Source: Macrostomum lignano
Lineage: Eukaryota
Reading direction: 5' to 3'
NCBI GenBank assembly: GCA_002269645.1
Contig: NIVC01002408.1
Location: 1-28,969 of the forward strand
Length of the DNA stretch: 28,969 bases
This document shows positions 10,867 through 21,000 of this stretch, piece by piece. The position numbers were made by a program, and so were the translations under genes. The notes below the pieces were generated by a model. It saw nothing but the letters and a program-made list of their open reading frames with translations. It did no database searches and was not told the DNA's origin. Positions within the stretch are counted from its first letter, which is position 1. The number at the start of each line of letters is the position of its first letter.

Positions 10867-11069
10867 CATACATGCGCAACCCCCCTGATTACACCAGCCA
10901 AAGAAACGTAAACATAATTTTGGGTAAACGGCAAGAGTAACTTTAACTATATATTATTGAGACCAAATGCCTCGTCATCTTATTTTAGTACTATATCCGT
11001 ATTTTTCGGGTGGGCATTTGTGTGACTTACATTGGGTGGGCCCCTGGGCCCGGGTGTTGCGCATGTATG
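10867..11069. mobile_element. 28S-core MITE copy 4 (203 bp), opposite orientation, related to copy 1
   Basis: Perfect 14-bp TIR. Ends match copy 1 inverted (ccccctgattacacc; gggcccgggtg). TSD cttataga vs ctta(aaa)taga. Confidence 0.85.
10922..10989 (+). other. 28S rRNA-derived segment inside MITE copy 4 (rRNA sense on plus strand)
   Basis: gggtaaacggcaagagtaact...ccaaatgcctcgtcatct; both flanks are retained and the centre is replaced by AT-rich sequence. Confidence 0.8.
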
Positions 11070-11395
11070 CTTAAAATAGATATAAAATTATAAGGAAATT
11101 TAGGAAACATTAATATCTTGAATTTGGCGCCAATTCAATTTGTAAGTTATAATGTAAATAGCGAGCAAAACAAGCATAGTTTGTTCAATAAAATGTAAAC
11201 AAAGCGCGACTAGGATGGTAAAAAAACAGTTCAAGAAAAAATGTCTTGAAAAGCAATTGAAACGCAGACTAGAAGCAGAGCTCTGCTTTTAAATTAAAAG
11301 ATAAAAAGCAAATATTTTATGAGAAAAAGAAGGAAAAGCAACTATTTACTGACGAGTTTTTAAGTGTAAAATTTTCTTATTAACATTTACTACAT

Positions 11396-11602
11396 CAGAC
11401 TGTCTGTAAGCCCCCTCCCCCAACCCGCAGACTGTCTGTAAGCCCCCCCCCCAACCCGCAGACTGTCTGCAAGTCCCCCCAAACCCGCAGACTGTCTGTA
11501 AGTCTTTCCCCAAACCCACAAACTGTCGGTAAGTCTTTCCCCAAACCCGCAGACTGTCTGTAAGTCTTTCCCCAAGCCCACAGACTGTCTGTAAGTCTTT
11601 CC
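11396..11602. repeat. About 31-bp minisatellite, about 7 copies, downstream of RpiA
   Basis: Unit cagactgtctgtaagtctttccccaaacccg with variable C-runs. Confidence 0.85.
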
Positions 11603-11820
11603 ATCAAACCTAGAGTGGCCTTGCGCGCAAAATCAAAAGACAAATAAAAAACTTATAATATAAAAAACAACATTTATACAGTATCTAAATTGAAATGAGA
11701 GAATAGACGCCAGATAGAAGTGAGAAGAGGGCTGGAGAGGATGCGGGGAGAGAGGATTTAAGAGCTAGCACAGACGCAATCAGTTCGCTATCCAAGAGAC
11801 CGTTAAAAGGAAGTCGGCGC

Positions 11821-12012
11821 TCACTTGAGCACGAGTCTGCTAACAGAACCGTCCAACTTTCCAACGTAGATCTTCGAAGCTGCCTGGATGAAGAGCCCAG
11901 TCTCGATGACGCCGGGCATCTGGTGCAGCTGGAAGTCCACCTCCTCCCAGTTGTGCTGCTGTTCGAAATGCCAGTCCAATAGGAAATTGCCGTTGTCGGT
12001 GACCACAGGGCC
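11821..12012 (-). CDS. RPIA: RpiA coding exon 5 (GPVVTDNGNF...SRLVLK*)
   Basis: Acceptor ccgcAG at 12013-12015; TGA at 11821-11823. Confidence 0.95.
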   Translation of the reverse strand, partial: GPVVTDNGNFLLDWHFEQQHNWEEVDFQLHQMPGVIETGLFIQAASKIYVGKLDGSVSRLVLK

Positions 12013-15000
12013 CTGCGGTGGAGTATGGATTCACAAATACCGATCACAAATCTCATTATCTACCTGAGATACCGATCACAAATCTCATTATCTACCTGAG
12101 ATACCGATCACAAATCTCATTATCTACGTGAGATACCGATCACAAATCACATTATCTACCTGAGATACCGATCACAAATCTCATTGTCTACCTGAGATAC
12201 CGATCACAAATCTCATTATCTACCTGAGATACCGATCACAAATCTCATTATCTACCTGAGATACCGATCACAAATCTCATTATCTACGTGAGATACCGAT
12301 CACAAATCACATTATCTACCTGAGATACCGATCACAAATCTCATTATCTACCTGAGATACCGATCACAAATCTCATTATCTACCTGAGATACCGATCACA
12401 AATCTCATTATCTACCTGAGATACCGATCACAAATCTCATTATCTACCTGAGATACCGATCACAAATCTCATTATCTACCTGAGATACCGATCACAAATC
12501 TCATTATCTACCTGAGATACCGATCACAAATCTCATTATCTACCTGAGATACCGATCACAAATCTCATTATCTACCTGAGATACCAATCACAAATCTCAT
12601 TATCTACCTGAGATACCGATCACAAATCTCATTATCTACCTGAGATACCGATCACAAATCTCATTATCTACCTGAGATACCGATCACAAATCTCATATCT
12701 ACCTGAGACACCGATCACAAATCTCATTATCTACCTGAGATACCGATCACAAATCTCATTATCTACCTGAGATATTCGCTCACCAATTTGCCCAATGATT
12801 CCCTAAGCAGCGCTTTGCCGCCGAACTGAGACTCGACCCGGCGTTTAACCAGCGACCAGGCCATGGGCACCACCTCCAGCGGGATGCCGCCCTTCCATTT
12901 CTGGCCGAACTGGCTGCTGTACTTGCTCTCGTCGCACACGATCACCAGGGTGCCGGCGGCCGTGTCAACAATTTTCTCCTGCAGCAGGCAGCCGCCACCG
13001 CCTTTGATCATGTTCAGTTCGGCGTCGATCTCGTCGGCGCTGTCAGCCGACCAGTCCAGCTCTTCATCGCAGTGCTCCAGCTCGAATAGGCGAAGGCCGC
13101 GCTCCAGGATCAGGTGCTTGGCCTGGGGCAGGGGTAACACAGATGAGTTAGCATTAGCATGACCTTTGACCTTTGACCCACTGTCTCAACATGACCCTTG
13201 ACCTATTGTCTTAACATGACCTTTGACACATTGTCTAACACGTTGACCCATTGTCTAACACGTTGACTCATTGTCTAACACGTTGACTCGTTGTCTAACA
13301 CGTTGACTCATTGTCTAACATGACCCTTGACCCACTGGTTTAACATGACCCTTGACCTATTGTATTAGCATAACTCCGGGTCCATGAGAATTGCCCGCCG
13401 AGATTTGCCCGCAGTGCAATTTGCCCGCGAGTGGATTGCCCGCGAGCGAGTTGCCCGCGGAGTTTTTTCCCGCCGAGGTTTGCCCACAATGCTTTTTTAC
13501 TGCAGATTTTGTCTGCACCTTCCCAATGCTTATTACATGTAATAAATCTTAGTAAAGAGATTTACACGATCAAAACTTTTTGATTGTAACTGCATATCAA
13601 ATGCGTATTTTTTAGGGGGCCGGGCAATACAGACAGAATCTAGCTGCCAAATGCGCTGCAATAAAAAAGCATTGCGGCCAAACCTCGGCGGGAAAAAACT
13701 CTGCGGGCAACTCGCTCGCGGGCAAATTGCACTGCGGGCAAATCTCGGCGGGCAAATCTCGGCGGGCAAATCTCGGCGGGCAAATCTCCACGGGCAAATC
13801 TCCTGCAGGCAAATCTCGGCGGGCAATTCGTCTGCTGGCATTTCTCGTGCTCCCCATAACTCCTTAACCAATTGTACTAACATGACCTTTGAACTATTGT
13901 TGTATAACATGAACTTTGACACATGGTCTAACATGACCTTTGACCCATTGTCTAACATGACCTTTGACCCATTGTCTAACACGTTGACCCATTGTCTAAC
14001 ATGACCTTTGACTCAATGTCTTAACATGACCCTTGACCCATTGTCTAACATGACCCTTGACCTATTGTATTAGCATAACTCTTAACCAATTGTACTAACA
14101 TGACCTTTGACCCATTGTCTACATAACCCTCGATCCATTGTCTAACATAAAATTGAACTATTGTCTAACATGAACTTTGACACATGGTCTAACATGACCC
14201 TTGACCCATCGTCTTAGCGTGACCTTTGACCCATAGTCTTGATAAGATCTTTTGATCCCATAACTCGACTTTAACTTTGACCCAGACGCGACAACACCTT
14301 CGATTCAAGAGACTACTTTTAGTAGGGCAGTTCGAACATCTTTTAGCTAAAGAAACAACACCGCGTACTCGTACCAGCTCTAGCTTCAGGCCAAACCGCT
14401 CTCATTTATCCCTATTTTGCATCGCATCAATCACTTCCGCTGCTAATAAATAGCAAATCCCAAGCCAGACTATAGGAAAGTGTCCAAATACAGTACGAGC
14501 TCCGGACACTGCTGTAAGCCGGTTTCTGAGGCATAAATCAGATATGTGGGATAATATTATGCAAAATATACCCTGCCGCCGTTATTAAACAAGTAAGCAA
14601 ATTAGGGAATAGATTTAAATAGCGATTCTTCCAGCTCCAAATTTCAGTAGCAACCCAGTGACCAACCCTCCTGTGCATCAGTAGCAACCCAGTGACCAAC
14701 CCTCCTGTGCATCAGTAGCAACCCAGTGACCAACCCTCCCGTCCATCAGTAGCAACCCAGTGACCAACCCTCCTGTCCATCAGTAGCAACCCAGTGACCA
14801 ACCCTCCTGTGCATCAGTAGCAACCCAGTGACCAACCCTCCTGTCCATCAGTAGCAACCCAGTGACCAACCCTCCTGTCCATCAGTAGCAACCCGGTGAC
14901 CAACCCTCCTGTGCATCAGTAGCAACCCAGTGACCAACCCTCCTGTCCATCAGTAGCAACCCAGTGACCAACCCTCCTGTTCATCAGTAGCAACCCAGTG

Positions 15001-18000
15001 ACCAACCCTCCTGTGCATCAGTAGCAACCCAGTGACCAACCCTCCTGTCCATCAGTAGCAACCCAGTGACCAACCCTCCTGTCCATCAGTAGCAACCCGG
15101 TGACCAACCCTCCTGTGCATCAGTAGCAACCCAGTAACCAACCCTCCTGTCCATCAGTAGCAACCCAGTGACCAACCCTCCTGTCCATCAGTAGCAACCC
15201 AGTGACCAACCCCCCCGTCCATCAGTAGCAACCCAGTGACCAACCCTCCTGTGCATCAGTAGCAACCCAGTGACCAACCCTCCTGTGCATCAGTAGCAAC
15301 CCAGTGACCAACCCTCCTGTGCATCAGTAGCAACCCAGTGACCAACCCTCCTGTCCATCAGTAGCAACCCAGTGACCAACCCTCCTGTCCATCAGTAGCA
15401 ACCCGGTGACCAACCCTCCTGTGCATCAGTAGCAACCCAGTGACCAACCCTCCTGTGCATCAGTAGCAACCCAGTGACCAACCCTCCCGTCCATCAGTAG
15501 CAACCCAGTGACCAACCCTCCTGTCCATCAGTAGCAACCCAGTGACCAAATCTCCTGTGCATCAGTAGCAACCCAGTGACCAACCCTCCTGTGCATCAGT
15601 AGCAACCCAGTGACCAACCCTCCTGTGCATCAGTAGCAACCCAGTGACCAACCCTCCTGTGCATCAGTAGCAACCCAGTGACCAACCCTCCTGTCCATCA
15701 GTAGCAACCCAGTGACCAACCCTCCTGTCCATCAGTAGCAACCCAGTGACCAACCCTCCTGTCCATCAGTAGCAACCCGGTGACCAACCCTCCTGTGCAT
15801 CAGTAGCAACCCAGTGACCAACCCTCCTGTGCATCAGTAGCAACCCAGTGACCAACCCTCCTGTCCATCAGTAGCAACCCAGTGACCAACCCTCCCGTCC
15901 ATCAGTAGCAACCCAGTGACCAACCCTCCTGTGCATCAGTAGCAACCCAGTGACCAACCCTCCTGTCCATCAGTAGCAACCCAGTGACCAACCCTCCCGT
16001 CCATCAGTAGCAACCCAGTGACCAACCCTCCTGTCCATCAGTAGCAACCCGGTGACCAACCCTCCTGTGCATCAGTAGCAACCCAGTGACCAACCCTCCT
16101 GTCCATCAGTAGCAACCCAGTGACCAACCCTCCTGTCCATCAGTAGCAACCCAGTGACCAACCCTCCTGTGAATCAGTAGCAACCCAGTGACCAACCCTC
16201 CTGTGCATCAGTAGCAACCCAGTGACCAACCCTCCTGTGCATCAGTAGCAACCCAGTGACCAACCCTCCTGTCCATCAGTAGCAACCCAGTGACCAACCC
16301 TCCCGTCCATCAGTAGCAACCCAGTGACCAACCCTGCTGTGCATCAGTAGCAACCCAGTGACCAACCCAGCCGCTCACCTGATAGGAGGTCGGGATGCAT
16401 CTGACAGACCAGCCGCGCTGTCGAATGAGTTCAGCTGCGGGCCAAATAAGTCAGTTTTCGATGATTTTTTAATCAAGCAGTCTGAATCAATGGAATTAAT
16501 GTTTTGCCTGTTTAGAGACTGACAAGCTGACATTTAAAAACCGGCTGTCGCCAAATAGTCAGGACATCAGTGGCGCCAAATAGTCAGGATTTCATTGGCG
16601 CCAAATAGTCAGGACATCAGTGGCGCCAAATAGTCAGGATTTCATTGGCGCCAAATAGTCAGGATTTCAGTGGCACAAAATAGTCAGGATTTCATTGGCG
16701 CCAAATAGTCAGGATTTCAGTGGCGCCAAATAGTCAGGATTTCAGTGGCACAAAATAGTCAGGATTTCATTGGCGCCAAATAGTCAGGATTTCAGTGGCA
16801 CAAAATAGTCAGGATTTCATTGGCGCCAAATAGTCAGGATTTCAGTGGCACAAAATAGTCAGGATTTCATTGGCGCCAAATAGTCAGGATTTCAGTGGCA
16901 CAAAATAGTCAGGATTTCATTGGCACCAAATAGTCAGGATTTCATTGGCGCCAAATAGTCAGGATTTCAGTGGCACAAAATAGTCAGGATTTCATTGGCA
17001 CCAAATAGTCAGGATTTCATTGGCGCCAAATAGTCAGGATTTCAGTGGCACAAAATAGTCAGGATTTCATTGGCACCAAATAGTCAGGATTTCATTGGCG
17101 CCAAATAGTCAGGATTTCATTGGCGCCAAATAGTCAGGATTTCATTGGCGCCAAATAGTCAGGATTTCATTGGCGCCAAATAGTCAGGATTTCATTGGCG
17201 CCAAATAGTCAGGATTTCAGTGGCACAAAATAGTCAGGATTTCATTGGCGCCAAATAGTCAGGATTTCATTGGCGCCAAATAGTCAGGATTTCATTGGCG
17301 CCAAATAGTCAGGATTTCATTGGCGCCAAATAGTCAGGATTTCATTGGCGCCAAATAGTCAGGATTTCATTGGCGCCAAATAGTCAGGATTTCAGTGGCA
17401 CAAAATAGTCAGGATTTCATTGGCGCCAAATAGTCAGGATTTCATTGGCGCCAAATAGTCAGGATTTCAGTGGCACAAAATAGTCAGGATTTCATTGGCG
17501 CCAAATAGTCAGGATTTCATTGGCGCCAAATAGTCAGGATTTCATTGGCGCCAAATAGTCAGGATATCAGTGGCGCCAAACAGAATTAAGTGGCGCCATG
17601 GCTAACTAGGAATCAGTGTGATTGTGGGAAGACACAATTAGAGAATAGAAAATGATACACAGAGAAAGCACAAGCTATATAAGCATAGATATCAATTCTA
17701 TCCCAAGCAATAAAGCCGGTAAGGACGCCCTCTAGCAGAGCAGCATTATTAGATTAGTCAGCCAACGCGCGCACAAAAGAAATATCCTTGCCGGGGTCCA
17801 GCTAGTCAGCAAGAAAGAAAATTGCATTTTCAAAGTAATTCTCCAGTCCTGAATACGGACAGATACCCGCCTATCCAGCGCGACCCAAATTTTATTGCAT
17901 TATAACGCATGGTCGCAATATTTTTTCTATATTGCCAGGGATTATTGGGCTGGACTATATTGGCTTCAAGGTTTGAAGCAGGCCAGACCCAGTCGTTTTT

Positions 18001-21000
18001 TTAATAAATGAAGCCATATTGTCATATTTTAAAGTGCACTTGCCTTTAATATTAGGGATAGAAATGGGATCTCGAATATAATGGTAGGAAACGTAAAATC
18101 CATCGACGTCTGAAACCCTGTAACTAGTGAAACCCTGTAACAGGTTAAACCCTGTAACAGGTGAAAACCTGTAACAGGTGAAAACCTGTAACAGGTGAGA
18201 CCCTGTAACAGGTGAGACCCTGTAACAGGTGAAACCCTGTAACAGGTGAAACACTGTAACAGGTGAAAACCTGTAACAGGTGAAACCCTGTAACAGGTAA
18301 AAACTATGTAACAGGTAAAAGGCCAATAGGTAAGAAACTGTTAACACACTTCGAAAAAACTATCAGGGTAGCCCCATAGTTCTAAAAACAGCTGTAACTA
18401 GAATTCCAGTCTATTGAAGGTTAAATTACTCTACAATAGAAGCCATCACTAAAACTTCTTCCTTTCGTTTAACTGTTAATAAACCAAGGCTTAATTAGCA
18501 ATACAAATAGTTGGCTACTGCCTTCAATAGGCGCATAAAGAGTTTCCTTTAGCAGCCAGATTGTGCCGCATACTGCAAACACTTGCAAACTCTGTCATGC
18601 ACTCTCATCTCAACTTTCTCCCTCTATCGCTCCCAGCAGTTGAGTTGGTTTCGCTGCCCTTTCCCCGCCCAAAGCTTCTGCTGAGAAGGAATGGTTTAGA
18701 ATTGCCATCGGAATGAGCTCGATAAGTGCGAAGCGAGGATTTTGTCGCGGCCCGGAGGGAGAAGGGAATGCAAGATAGAGCGGATGAGAAGGGGGGAAGA
18801 GAAATGATTGAAGAGATGGCTAGGCTGCTGCATTTCCTCATCTAGCAGGTGCTCCCAGCTTCTGGCTTTTCAAGAGCGCCTGTCGACCCTCTTATGCATG
18901 TCACCTGCCTGTCTGTCTGCCTGCTTTTCAACATGTTAATAGTAGACCTGAGCACGTTGATAAAAATGCAGATAACTAAACACTAAGGATGCTGATTTTT
19001 CTTGCACAGCTGAGATGGGCTGTGTGCATAGCTGGGTGTGTGCATAGCTGAGATGGGTGTGTGCATAGCTGGGTGTGTGCATAGCTGAGATGGGTGTGTG
19101 CATAGCTGGGGTGTGTGCATGGCTGGGGTGTGTGCATAGCTTGGGTGTGTGCATAGCTTGGGTGTGTGCATAGCTTGGGTGTGTGCATAGCTCGGGTGTG
19201 TGCATGGCTGGGTTGTGTGCATAGCTGGGTGTGTGCATAGCTGGGTGTGTGCATAGCTGAGATGGGTGTGTGCATAGCTGGGTGTGTGCATAGCTGAGAT
19301 GGGTGTGTGCATAGCTGAGATGGGCGTGTGCATAGCTGAGGTGTGTGCATAGCTGGGTGTATGCATAGCTGGGTGTGTGCATAGCTGAGGTGTGTGCATA
19401 GCTGGGTGTGTGCATAGCTGAGGTGTGTGCATAGCTGGGGGTGTGTGCATAGCTGGGGGTGTGCATAGCTGAGGTGTGTGCATAGCTGGGGGTGTGTGCA
19501 TAGCTGGGTGTGTGCATAGCTGAGGTATGTGCATAGCTGGGGGTGTGCATAGCTGAGATGGGTGTGTGCATAGCTGGGGGTGTGCATAGCTGAGATGGGT
19601 GTGTGCATAGCTGAGATGGGTGTGTGCATAGCTGAGATGGGTGTGTGCATAGCTGGGGGTGTGCATAGCTGAGATGGGTGTGTGCATAGCTGAGGTGTGC
19701 ATAGCTGAGGTGTGTGCATAGCTGGGTGTGTGCATAGCTGAGTGTGTGCATAGCTGAGTGTGTGCATAGCTGAGGTGTGTGCATAGCTGGGGGTGTGCAT
19801 AGCTGAGATGTGTGCATAGCTGGGTGTGTGCATAGCTGAGGTGTGTGCATAGCTGTTATGTGCATGGCAGTTATGTGCATGGCTGTTATGTGCATGGCTG
19901 TTATGTGCATGGCTGTTATGTGCATGGCAGTTATGTGCATGGCAGTTATGTGCATGGCAGTTATGTGCATGGCTGTTATGTGCATGGCTGTTATGTGCAT
20001 GGCAGTTATGTGCATGGCAGTTATGTGCATGGCAGTTATGTGCATGGCTGTTATGTGCATGGCAGTTATGTGCATGGCTGTTATGTGCATGGCTGTTATG
20101 TGCATGGCTGTTATGTGCATGGCTGTTATGTGCATGGCAGTTATGTGCATGGCTGTTATGTGCATGGCAGTTATGTGCATGGCTGTTATGTGCATGGCAG
20201 TTATGTGCATGGCAGTTATGTGCATGGCTGTTATGTGCATGGCAGTTATGTGCATGGCTGTTATGTGCATGGCAGTCAGACTAAGGACAAAAGAAACGAG
20301 AGTGCTTCAAACTGTAAGCAAAGTGAAAGGCAGGCTGTTCAGAATTCCATAGTTGGGAATCGAATCGAGTGGCCTAAAAAACCAAAGAAAGCCATAAAGA
20401 AAACAGGTCTTTCACATTGTTTTCTTACTAATTAAAAGGAGCTAGAAGATTGCGTGACCAGCGCCATGCAGGGAGATGGTGAATGAGACCGGTCACTTCC
20501 GCTCCACTCAGCATCCTCTCCCATTATTGACTCCCTCTCGTGCACTCAGGAGAGCACAATCGATCGAGTTGGGAGCTGTCCCCAAAACCAGACCGCCTTT
20601 CTTCGCTTGGCTGTGCCTCAGCCATGCAGCCTATCCCCAGTGCTTACTATATAACTAATCTTTCCCACTATGTCCATATTCGTCTCGGGAATTAAGTTTC
20701 AGCGAGTTATGCGAGAGGGAGAAAAATTGGGACAAGCCACTTCGGAAGCTGGGTAGAGGCTTAAGTCTGAAGTCCGGCATCAACAGCGGCGATGAGATGG
20801 CCTGAGAGTCGACACAGGCTTTTTAAATCTCTACAAGACTTAATATACGAGGGGTGTCCCAAAAGTTCCCGGAATGTCTAACGTAGCTCTTCAACGGAGC
20901 CATGATGTTTCACGCCCTTGGTGTCAAATGAAAGGAAGTTTTGTCACGAAGAAAATGAAGTTAAAAGCATGTTGATATCTGTTTTTATTCAGGAGCTGCA

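Noticed and set aside
837-10989. 28S-like segments as rRNA genes or an rDNA locus
   Set aside because: Only about 64 nt match, each inside TIRs and TSDs, and no other rRNA sequence is present.
11821-13122. GC-rich RpiA exons as bacterial contamination or HGT
   Set aside because: They are interrupted by spliceosomal introns with branch point and polypyrimidine tract, and the motifs are of the eukaryotic type.
13533-14004. ORFs of 149, 117 and 81 aa
   Set aside because: They derive from MULE subterminal repeats and the 24-bp minisatellite.
12030-17580. Regular 25-34-bp arrays as CRISPR
   Set aside because: The units are head-to-tail with no unique spacers, there are no cas genes, and the context is a eukaryotic intron.
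17955-18347. 130-aa ORF
   Set aside because: Mostly a translation of the 17-bp repeat.
18605-18900. GC-rich stretch as an extra RpiA exon or LINE tail (HPLY..FP.PSG)
   Set aside because: The RpiA frame is complete without it, and the LINE-like motif is too weak to call.
18936-20435. Long ORFs (444, 285, 250, 196 and 169 aa; MHITA and CTHP repeats)
   Set aside because: They are translations of the 15-bp and 16-22-bp satellites, open in several frames on both strands, and lie inside RpiA intron 2.
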